The notes under the pieces were generated by a model. The model saw nothing but the letters and a program-made list of their open reading frames with translations. It ran no database searches and was not told the DNA's origin. A stretch of 64,000 nt of DNA. It comes from Paraspadella gotoi (Eukaryota; Animalia; Chaetognatha). The stretch spans positions 15,662,963 through 15,726,962 of the forward strand of contig CM119265.1 in assembly GCA_051294375.1 (NCBI GenBank), written 5' to 3'. A program made the translations under genes and the position numbers. Below, piece by piece: positions 15,022-26,737 of this stretch (position 1 is the stretch's first letter; each line of letters opens with the position of its first letter).

Positions 15022-16007
15022 CGTTGGATAAGTCTTGTATAAAGTTGTCATCGTTCCGTGCACAGAAGAAAACGTTCGGTTCTTGTTGTTCTATTACGTG
15101 ATTGTGTTTCCATGGCGACGCCTCGTGATAAAATGAACGCGTTTGGGCGCGAGATCGCTCCGCTTGTGGTGAGAAAAAATATCAAATTATCCCCTGATCA
15201 AATTTGTTTGGTCGTCAGCCATTTGTAGGACAACTCCTTGTGAGGAGATCGAATGATGACATCGTTTATCATAAAGAATATTTTTATTTTTATTTCCCAC
15301 GAGTTTTCGACGTCAGAGATGTTTCGTAAATTTTCTCGACTAAATGGATTTTAAATGATTTTAATGATTAAAGATTTTAATGAGTGGAACTTTTTAAAAA
15401 AAGAAAAAGGGCCGAAAGGAAGGTTATTACTATGCAGTCGCATCACTAATTGAATTACTAACGATATGAGACGTAAAAAGTTGGGCGCCATAATCTGCAC
15501 CATCGGCGTCGCTGAAGTCCTCGAGATTCGAACCAACACAAAATCTCGGTCAAAAGATTGAAATCTGGCGGAGATTTAGGGTTGAGTCTCAAGAGCTATG
15601 TCGTCTAGATGAGAATGAGGAGAGAAGAGAGAGAGAGAGAGAAGAGAGAGAGGAGAGAGAGAGAGAGAGAGAGAGAAGAGAGAGAGAGAAGAGAGAGAGA
15701 GAGAAAAAGCACCCCTCATTTTAAATTTAACATTAACAACTAAACTTTCACGCGAAATTTCAATCTTGGATTCTTTGGATTCGATTTTAACTAAATCCCT
15801 TCACTGATCTAAATAGGGTTTGGAGCGGGTTCGCAGTAATGGGTTGGGGCGCTAAATGCCGAGGGGCCAGTGACCCGCGAGGTCAGTTTTCTCATTTAGC
15901 CTAACCCTCACGAATTCGCTGACACTCGCTTCCTCTTTAGTTCCAAGATCGCTATCGTCTTCTATGAGCCGGTCTTAACTTCAAACCATGAGAAGACAAT
16001 TTCTCGT
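15022..16007 (+). repeat. Direct repeat of about 1 kb, copy 1 (copy 2 at 18837-19829)
   Basis: Shared from cgttggat(t)aagtcttgt to gaagacaatttctcgt, including an internal (GA)n tract. Differences are mainly small indels. Confidence 0.93.
15106..15119. promoter_or_regulatory. RFX X-box motif (in 1-kb repeat copy 1)
   Basis: GTTTCCATGGCGAC; its reverse complement GTCGCCATGGAAAC fits GTHNYY-AT-RRNAAC. Confidence 0.4.
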
Positions 16008-16042
16008 CGACTTGAGATCGAAGGCCTTGACGTCAACGGACG

Positions 16043-16164
16043 TCAGATCTCGCTTCTGACGTCACCGTCTCCGATTCTCCAATCATCTCTTCGTGGACGG
16101 GGATCGATAAACCTTTTTTTTTTAATCTTTGAGTCGTGTGTGTGGCGTCTGTGAGTGTGCGTCC

Positions 16165-16204
<40 letters not shown>

Positions 16205-16221
16205 GAGAGAGAAGGAGAGAG

Positions 16222-16270
<49 letters not shown>

Positions 16271-16386
16271 GACTTGGAACGATTTTTGAGTTGAGTACGA
16301 TCTTTGATTGGAATTTGAAAGTCGTTAGCTTTGAGAGAACGCGGATTAGTCAAAAGAGAAAGAGGGGAAGAAAGAAAGAAAAGAAA

Positions 16387-16417
<31 letters not shown>

Positions 16418-17971
16418 AAAAAAAGGAAGAAAAAAAGAAAGAAGAAAGAAAGAAAGAAGAAAGAAAGAAAGAAAGAAAGAAGAAAGAAAGAAAAGAAAGA
16501 AAGAAAGAAAGAAAGAAGGAAAGAAAAAAAATAAAGAAAGAAGACAAGCAATACAGAGGCAAGTACGAGTTAGACAATCACCTGAACGGAGGAAAGTAGT
16601 CCCAGTTGTGCTTGGCTCGGCATTGCTGGAAGGCGCACGACAATGTGTTGTGCGGAATCCCGTTGCAGTTTCCGAAATCCTAGCAAAATATCTTTATTAC
16701 GTCCCCGGCAAATTGATCTATATTTCTTGAAGATTTCTTCTCGAACATGTGGCGACTCACGGACTCAGTCATAAGCCCCCAACCAACCGACTTTCCGAAC
16801 GACACCCACGATCACTGACGTTCAATCCTATAGTTTTAAATATCGCGCTCCAAAAAAAAAAAAAAAAAAAAAAATTCTCTCTAGTGGATAATTTGTTTCT
16901 CTGATTCCATCTGAGTTCAAGAATTCCGCGTCCTAATTTCGGCAAGTATTCAAAATGGCGCCCATTTTCATTTTCTCCGCTTCGACTCCTTTGCGGAAAA
17001 TGCATTTATATTTTATACTAGATACTAATACCAGGTTTATAAATTGTTGTTGATTTCTTTAACTTTATATCATACAAACAGCTTTTAACTGGTAAATAAG
17101 TATAATAAAAACCCGAAGAATAAAGGCTCAATGGAACAGAGGGCAACCAAAAAAAAAGAGAGAAAATTAAAAAATAGAGCGAGAGGGAAAGAAAAATCTG
17201 GAATCGGATGGGATCTCGTTTCGCTGCGAGGAAAATCGTCGTGACACGAAAATTCACTTTGAAGGATGACAGGCGCTCTATTACCGGCCCAGGGTTTACG
17301 GTTGGGGGCGAAGGGGGGGGAACGAAGGGGTTGAAGGTGGGGAAGAGATGAGGAAGGAGAGGTGAATCTTTGTGAACGTAAGATTAGTATGAATGGGGTT
17401 TGTGGAATCTGGGATTTTGAATCGCCAAACTTTACCGTTCGGTTCTCATTATTTTTCTCTGTCTTACTTATTCAATAACTTTAGTTAATTTANNNNNNNN
17501 NNNNNNNNNNNNNNNNNNNNNNNNNNNNNNNNNNNNNNNNNNNNNNNNNNNNNNNNNNNNNNNNNNNNNNNNNNNNNNNNNNNNNNNNNNNNNNNNNNNN
17601 NNNNNNNNNNNNNNNNNNNNNNNNNNNNNNNNNNNNNNNNNNNNNNNNNNNNNNNNNNNNNNNNNNNNNNNNNNNNNNNNNNNNNNNNNNNNNNNNNNNN
17701 NNNNNNNNNNTCTCTCTCTCTGTCACCTGTTCGTAGATGGATGCACCGGGGATCCCTCTCGGAGGCCTGGACGGGTCGTCTTTGTAAACTCCGCACCTAC
17801 AAGTAACATGAATGAAAAATACGAAAACTCAGGACAAACTGCCAAGTGACCAAAACCATCGTCTAAAATCTACCATCGCTTTTGCAGATTCTTCAACGGT
17901 AACTCGGTCTTTCTCGTGATTCTCTCACAATGGCGACTTCTCAATGGCGCAACCGAATCGGCCGCCGCCAT
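16043..17971 (-). CDS. Small uncharacterised protein, 111 aa, 4 exons, with a SIYEQDF motif; possible ciliary microtubule inner protein-like
   Basis: ATG at 17971 (aaatATGGCG). Exons 17874-17971, 17727-17796, 16582-16679 and 16043-16112, with junction phases 2/0/2 all matching: MAAADSVAPLRSRHCERITRKTELPLKNLQKRWCGVYKDDPSRPPRGIPGASIYEQDFGNCNGIPHNTLSCAFQQCRAKHNWDYFPPFRFIDPRPRRDDWRIGDGDVRSEI*. A 218-N gap in intron 2 could hide another exon. Confidence 0.78.
17493..17710. other. Assembly gap (218 N)
   Basis: Run of N. Confidence 1.
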
Positions 17972-18145
17972 ATTTTTATTTCGATTTTAAAATAAAAGAA
18001 TAAAATAAAAAACTTGAGTTTCGTCCGTCAAGAAAAAAAAAACTAGTTACTGTAATAAGTTTTTTTATCGAAGTTTTGTAAAACAAACCTAAGGGAATTC
18101 CAATTCTGAATGCCGAATAAACTGCTTCCAATGACAGACATTTCG

Positions 18146-18150
18146 AAAAA
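18146..18150 (-). terminator. Oligo-T (T5) Pol III terminator of the candidate ncRNA
   Basis: First run of four or more T on the minus strand after the putative start, about 10 nt after the last helix. Confidence 0.4.
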
Positions 18151-18384
18151 GCGACAATTATGGCAACAGCCGGGTTGCCTGTGATGCCCATTGGAATGGG
18201 ACATCTCACTGTTGGCTTTGAGGGCTCTGTGACGCCTCCAGTCACTGGCGCGGTTACCCTCGCACGGTCTCGCTTTGCCATCTCAGAGGGAAGTCGTTAG
18301 GATTGTGAAATCCACAGTGTGGATGGAACACAAAGCCTGGGATAGGGTGTTCCCTCTCTGAGCCAATGGGTTTGGCTGAACGAT
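18146..18384 (-). ncRNA. Candidate structured non-coding RNA (about 236-239 nt), probably RNA polymerase III-transcribed; family not identified
   Basis: Repeat-free segment of balanced composition with many complementary blocks on the minus strand: AGCCAA/TTGGCT, CTCAGAG..GGAA/TTCCCTCTGAG, ATCCAC/GTGGAT, TTGTG/CACAA, ATGGCAA/TTGCCAT, GAGGG/CCCTC, GTGAC/GTCAC, CCCATT/AATGGG, GGCAAC/GTTGCC. It ends in TTTTT (18146-18150), with TATATA about 28-31 nt upstream. Confidence 0.55.
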
Positions 18385-18404
18385 GATGGACGTGAGGTGG
18401 TGTG

Positions 18405-18458
18405 AATATATAGCCACACAATATTAAAACTTAAAAGCATCAACCAACTTATTGTGAC
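18405..18458 (-). promoter_or_regulatory. Putative Pol III type-3 promoter: TATA box (18405-18413) and a PSE-like element (about 18441-18458)
   Basis: Minus strand reads GTCACAATAAGTTGGTTG...CTATATATT and then the structured segment. The TATA spacing fits U6-type promoters. The PSE match is loose and about 10 nt further upstream than in vertebrates. Confidence 0.4.
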
Positions 18459-18836
18459 AAATTATGGAAAACTACGCTTGATACAAACGATATTCGATTA
18501 AGGGATGATGACAGATTTCCAATATCGACTCGGGCACAGATTTGAATCCAGGTGCCAAAGCACGCAACCGTCAGACCAATTTCTGATTGCGACGGCGTTT
18601 GTTTATGATGTTCAATTAAATTCTAAACTCGAATCAAGTTCAGTTCCCTTGATTGCATTCAATTTTTAAAAGGCGGGTAAAGTCTTCGGCCATAAAGGAC
18701 TTTGCTCCTTTGTTTTTTTAAAATTTTATCGAAATCCATTTAATTTTTTTGCCGTCATCCGTCGCATTATTTCAGTTTAACGCTCATTATTTCCGCATTT
18801 ATGATTCGCGTCTGTCTAACCACCTTCGTCATCGAC

Positions 18837-19927
<1,091 letters not shown>

Positions 19928-21349
19928 TTTCTACTTGCACCATGAGAGAAGTCAAAGGGGTCCTTCCTTAAACGGATCAACGTCTCCTGGTTTCCATTCA
20001 AACTTACTTTGGTGTGAGTCTCGTGTCGCTTGTTTCCCCCCTTTTCCTTCCTTAAACCTCACCTTCGTCTGCCAGGAGAGAGTCACTTTCCTGCTCCGGC
20101 ATACGAATGCTCCATTATATGGATTTCTCGCTTTGATTTTAAGATTAATTTTATTTGTAACAAGGTTTTATTACAAAGTAGTAAGTCGATTTTAATTTAA
20201 CCAGAAAACAAAATGGCCGCCCATCCATTTTCTCCTCGACCTCCGAATCCTTCCATTGGTCATTTGTCCCTCGAGACGTTTTTTCTTCTGGGCGAGAGGT
20301 GACTCAGAGTCCGACTCTTCTTCCTCCCGTCAGTTTACAGTTTCTATCTCCTCTTCCTCTTCCCGCCCCATGACCCACTCGGAGGTGCGAGCGTCACGTA
20401 TTTTCTTCACGTTTCGACGCTGTAATTTTACGACGATGGGCCGATGGGGTGGACTTTGCGCGTGCTTATTGACCAAACGGTTCGATCGTGGGCCGAGCGT
20501 TTTCTCGTAATTAAAAGCCTCCCTTGGATCGTAATGAAAGCGGCGGTTTTGATGTTTATCCGTTGTCTAATTTCGTTAATATTTGTTGCAATTAAACTTC
20601 GCTTTTCATAAGACTGGATGTGGTTAGTCCATGAGCAAAGGAACAGTAGGAACTTTCAACTGGTACGATAGTCAAGTACGAATATGCGATCATCATCGTC
20701 AGTCATTCAAAGGCGCGAGTCAAAAAGTCCAAAGATACGTGGATCACCCTCTGAAAAGGAAGACATGAATTTGTTATTTATATCTCAAAGACATTTGAAA
20801 AGCATCGACAGCGTTTGTGTTGAGGGCGAATGGAATATATTTTAAGCCACCTCCTCTCTCTTATATCGCAGTGGCCCCACCTCCTCTCGACTCCTCCCTT
20901 TTTTTACGCCTCTCACTCATCCTTTCTATCCTTTTTATCTCCTCCTTTCTCTCCACCAAATCCCTTCCCGTCTTTCCTCTTCGCAATACCTCAACTACTC
21001 CCCTTTATCAGCTTCGTCGACGTCGTCGCCTTCGTCGTCGTAAAGATTATCGTCGTCCTCTTTCCCGGTCGTCGTCTCTCTGGCGGTCGCTTTTCAAAGT
21101 CGCCCGCGTCGTCGTTCTCATGGTATTCGTCGTCGTCGTCGTCTTCTTGGTACGCATAGTAGTCGTCTTCTTCTCCGTACGGCATAAACCGAAGACGCAT
21201 CAATGATTCATGGATTCGCCAGAAAGGGGACACGAGGAGTCGCGTCCAGAAACGACGCGACGCGTCCTCATGGTCGCAACGCGATGACGACTCTTTTCCT
21301 CTATTTTTTTTCCTACGACCTGTTAATTTTTTTTTTCTCCGCGAACCGA

Positions 21350-21386
<37 letters not shown>

Positions 21387-22289
21387 TTCAAGGACGACAA
21401 AAGACTTCGTTTTAAGACTCGTCGCCTTCAAGTTGAACCATTTCCGTACTTTTTTTATTTTGTTTTAAATATATACATTTTTTACATCGCTCGTTTTATT
21501 TTTTTTTTTCGCCTCCAAGAAATCGACATTCGAGACAACTTCGTAAGCAAAGATCCTGTCGAGAAAGGATTCAATCGTGACACCCCCGTGACAACTGCGA
21601 GACACTGAGACACCCGCGTGACAATCGTGGGACAGCCAAGTGACAAGTTTGCGTTACGGATCGAAGACGAGTCTTCGCGAAAGCTTTTGTCGGAATTTTT
21701 TTTTTTTTTTAAAGAAATCCTTTTTAACTCGTTTCGTTCACATTTTCTCTTTCTTCCTTTTTTTGTTGTGGAAATCGTATTTGAATTTTCAGCTCGTGTC
21801 GCCAACGGGTATTTGATCATTTGTGTTTGTTATCTCAGTAAGATAACGCTAAGTTCCACCAAGCACGCACGTCGCTCAATGGTCGGAATTATAATATAAT
21901 ATAATATAATTCCCATATCCTCTCGTCCCTTCTCAGTCTTCCGTCGAACAGTCAAATGTCAATCCTTTACAGACATTCATCACCTTCTCTTCTCTAGAGA
22001 AATTCTTGCCAAACAAGTAGTTTTCCCTTTCTAAGCGCCTCTTGTCATCTCATTGCTTCTGACACGCATCCTCTCCCCCATGAAGTGCATTCTGTCATCT
22101 CTTGACGTAAGTCCTGTCATTTCTTGACAGACACGTAATTCTCCCATGACGGCCCACCGGTCGGCTTACTGCGAGTGGGGAAGGGGTCGATTTCACCCCC
22201 CCGCGAGTTGGTTACACTCGGCAGTTTTATTACGCGTTGTACAAACTCATCTTCTGCGACAAACAAGAGAATTGTGAGAGAAAACAAGA

Positions 22290-22386
<97 letters not shown>

Positions 22387-24255
22387 ACAGAGAAACAAAT
22401 AAAGAATGAAAGAAGCTTAACCCTGAAACGTTCCGCTGGTCGTCGAAGTTCAAAGAGGAAAGGAAAGTTAAGAATACTGGATCTTTCGCTCTGACCGACT
22501 CTCTTAACCTAAACTTCTGAAGGTGAGGAGGTGAGGAGGAGGAGGTGAGGAGGTGAGGAGGTGAGGACCGTCGGCGCCAACTTTTATGGATTCATACGCA
22601 CGAGGAGAAAAAAAACCCCGAGATCAAATCCTTACCCATAAACCTTTGCCAGGAACCTTACCTTTCGAATCCATTCGATTTTCTCGGATGGAATCTTGAA
22701 TCGAGATCGTAAATTCGGCCGGCGATCTCTTTCAAAGAAGGAGAGAGATTTCATGCATTTCCTTCCTTTCCTTCATTGACCACCTCTCCCTTTTTTCCTT
22801 TCCTTCTCCTTTTTTTGGGTCATTTCTAGGGACATAACGAAATCGAGAGAGAAAAAAAAGGGAAAGAAGAAAGTAATGAAGAAGAAAAAAAGGGAAGAAA
22901 AATAAAACAAAGATTAAAAATGGGCGGGGGGAAAAGTAGTGAAAGTCGGTCTTTGTTGGAGAGATTTCTCTTCCTCAGACGTTTTTACGAAAACTTATCT
23001 TTCCCGTTGCTTCATAAATAATCGGTTTACTTTTCCCAGCGTCATCGGGGAACGTTAGGTTTTGGTTATATGGATGGAGAGGCGATGTTGAAAAAAGAGA
23101 GAGAGGCATCGATGATGGGTTGGGATGGAGAGAGATTCGAAAGGAGAAACGGAGGTTTGAATAAAGGAGAAAATGGTGGGGAAAGAGGTAGGGAAGAATA
23201 GGCAATGGGGTGATGAGGTAGGTTCGAAAAGGAAAAAAAAGAAGATGGAGGAATAGGCCTTGGGGGAAGGGAGAGGTCGAGTTTGGTTCGTCAAAAAAAA
23301 AAAAAAAAAAAAAAAAGAGAAGAGATTTCGTGCGCAATCGTCCTTCTAATTCCTTCTTTTTTATTTTTCGCTCGGGCAACTTTTCTCTTCCTTCTTCGAC
23401 ATCGATCATAATTGAATTCAATTCTAATTCATTTATCTTCGTTTGGGTTTTTTTTTTCTTCGGCCGACAATATCTTTATCAAAATTTTCCTTCATTTGTA
23501 TCTTTGTTGCCTTCGGCCGAATTAAGAACCTTTTCTTAATAAAAATTAATTCTTAAAATTTATTTAAAAAAACCGCGATATTTAGATTTATGTCAACAAT
23601 TATATTGTGTAGTTTGCACAGAAACTTATAATCATTAGCCTTTTATATAATCACAAAATCCACAAAAGATTAAACATTGATTTTTAAAGATTTTTTTTTT
23701 TTTTTTGATGAGCGGGGTTTCCCGTCTCCTTGCACATGTTTATGTCCAACACTTTAACCTTTTTATATTTTAATGGAAATCGAATGACGAATCACAAAAA
23801 CGATTTTTCTCTTTTCTTCTTTCACATAAACGTAACAGTTTTTCTTCCAAAGTAAACAAACAATAAGAGAAATTTAATCGAAAATCCTTTATCGGATGTT
23901 TTTTCTCAGTTTCTGCTTTGCTCTGAATATCTTTTGTCGGATTTCTAAGTTCGGCATTCCCAAATGACTTTCTTCGCTTTTCAGCGAAAGTCAAATTTTC
24001 AATTCCTGTGTACAAATTAAAAGTCCCACGTAATACTTCAAAGCCTATTGGTATTTATTTTTTTTATATCGTTGTATTTTTATTCTAAAATAGTATCCGC
24101 TATGAATATTTCTTGAGAATTAAAATAAAGTGAAAGTTATGTAACATCTGTCAAGAAATTGATTTCGTTAATTTAATCGGACTAGTTGAATTTTTACGGA
24201 TGAGAAAATTTATTAAAAAACGGAAAACCATAACATACAATAATAGTATGGTTCT

Positions 24256-24338
24256 TTATTGATTTATTGATTTATTGATTTATTAATTGATTGATTTTTT
24301 TTTTAATGATTTATTGATTGATTGATTTATTGGTTTAT

Positions 24339-24371
<33 letters not shown>

Positions 24372-24403
24372 TATTGATTTATTGATTTATTTTTTTAATT
24401 TTT

Positions 24404-24474
<71 letters not shown>

Positions 24475-24476
24475 TT

Positions 24477-24524
<48 letters not shown>

Positions 24525-24526
24525 TC
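24256..24526. repeat. Compound microsatellite (TTTATTGA/TTGA)n-(TTTA)n-(TTTC)n
   Basis: The unit changes stepwise along the array; duplicated at about 33912-34210. Confidence 0.92.
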
Positions 24527-25809
24527 ATTATTTCTTTCTTTATCCCTTTCAATCTTCGAAGATTTTGCCCGATTTTAATGAACTCGGCCAAGGATATCAT
24601 TTTTTATGATTTAACATTTTTAAATTTTTTTTAAAAATAATTTTTGTTTTAAAATTGAATTCCCAGACGAGGCTCGCAAAGGAAACGAGCCAATTAAAAC
24701 AGAGTCCGTTTTTAACTTCGGAATATCGTTTTTGTTTTTTATCACTTTTCGAAAATGCAATTTTCTTTCTGTGTTCCCTTTTACCAATCTCTGTCTGTTT
24801 TTTTTTCGTACAGGTTAACGGTTCACCATAAAATGATAACGATAATTTTTCCAAATCAATTTTTTTTAAATTTTGATTCTTGGAAAATCAATAGGAGTTA
24901 ATCTTGCAGAAGAATAGCAAAACATGACAAACGAACATAAGGAGACAAACAGACAAACTTTGAAGCCGAATTAACAAGATGCAGAGATGCAAAAAAAAAT
25001 TAAAAAAAAAGAATACAAATTGAAAATTGATACAATCGATTCTAAATTATATTTTTTTTCATGGATTCGATTCAAACCACGCGCGGTGTAATAATATGTT
25101 TTGAATTGGAACCCAATTTAAAATTCGCGACCAAATATAAGTGATTTTGGTCTGAAACCCACGACATATCGCTTCCATCGATTGAATCCAAGCAGTGAGA
25201 TTTGTTTACAAAGAACCAAATATAACATTGACCTCGTTTCCACTTTGTATCATTGTTCTTTTTCTTTTCATAATAATCATTGTTCAGTTGGATTGTTCTC
25301 TTTTTTCCGTTTTCGAGTCTCGAGTCTCGATTTCTTTTTCCGACTTCGAAACCCGAGATTCTCGGCCGAGAAAAGAAATAAAGGATCACGCCGGAGAATA
25401 TCCAGTAAAGATCCGGAAGTGTCGTTTTTCCGGCGGATAAAAGTTGAGTCGGTTATCGGCGATCGGCGAGCGTCGAAACTCGAGACGCTACCGACGAGAT
25501 GGACGTCGTTGTCGTCGTCGTCGACGTAGTCGTCGTCGTCGACATGGTCCGTGTTCTTCACCCTTCGGCCAATCAACTCATTACCGACACTCGCCCCCCA
25601 ACTGCGCAAGAGACAAAAATCTCTCTCTTTCTTCATGTTTTTGTGAGGGAAGGAGTAGAGAGATAAGACATAATTAAAAATATTATGCAAAAAGAAACGG
25701 AAGGCAAAAAGGATCTGTAAAAGTTTTAAAAAGTTAAAAATTGAATAGTTATAGTTCGAAAGGAGACGAGCGAGAAAAAGGGAATAAAAAGTAAAAAGAA
25801 AAAAAATAT

Positions 25810-25851
25810 AAGAAAGAAAGCAAGAAAGAAAGAAAGAAAAAAAGAAAGAAA

Positions 25852-25896
<45 letters not shown>

Positions 25897-26003
25897 AAAT
25901 AAAGAAAAGAAAAGAAAAGAAAAGAAAAGAAAAGAAAAGAAAAGAAAAGAAAAGAAAAGAAAAGAAAAGAAAAGAAAAGAAAAGAAAAGAAAAGAAAAGA
26001 AAA
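25810..26003. repeat. (AAAG)n-(AAAAG)n purine tract
   Basis: Seen directly; similar tracts at about 16370-16540 and 45885-46070. Confidence 0.92.
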
Positions 26004-26661
26004 GGAAAAAAATGAGGAAAAAATAGACTAAAATTTCGTCGAGTCAACCATTTCATGCGACGGGGATGGCTTACCTTGGCGAGATTTAATCTTTCGCCAA
26101 AAACCATTCGGCATTCCCTTCTCCCTTCTCCCTTCTCCCTTCTCCCTTCTCACCCATTCTCCACTTTTCTTCATTTCTCTTCGTATCATTTCATTTTTTT
26201 TTTTAGGTTTCAGTTCATTTTTATCTTAAACAAGCCATCTTCATTACAAAACTCCTAATCTTATATAATTATTCCGACCCCTCAGTCTTAGGCTCGCACC
26301 CCTGCCCTTTTTGCCAGCCCGCCACCCCCCTTCCGCGGCCCATGATCCGTCAGGGCCGCGGTCATCGCCCGCTCTATCGAGACTCCATCAATCAGAGAAC
26401 CACCTCGACTCTCGACGCGTTGAAGCCTCCAAGGATTCCGTCCGATCGGTCTGTCTGTCTGTCTGTCAATCTTTTCATTTGTCCGGCCTCAGTTTTTCTG
26501 TGTTGAAAATAATTTTTTTTAACATAAAAGAATATTAATAATAGTTAAGTTGAGGAGGCATGTTTTTGTTCTCATCTTTTATTGCAATAACCGTTTTACC
26601 GGCAGAAGGCAAAAGCAGAACTATTGGATAGATAAGAGCGGGCGGGAGAGAAAAAATAATT

Positions 26662-26737
<76 letters not shown>

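Noticed and set aside
18161-18210. SRP Alu-like pattern on the plus strand (hairpin-UGU-hairpin)
   Set aside because: The two loops are not complementary and no helix-8 motif follows.
20590-22200. Repeat-free patches with acceptor-like sites (about 20610-20770 and 21920-22170)
   Set aside because: All frames are short and no consistent exon chain could be built.
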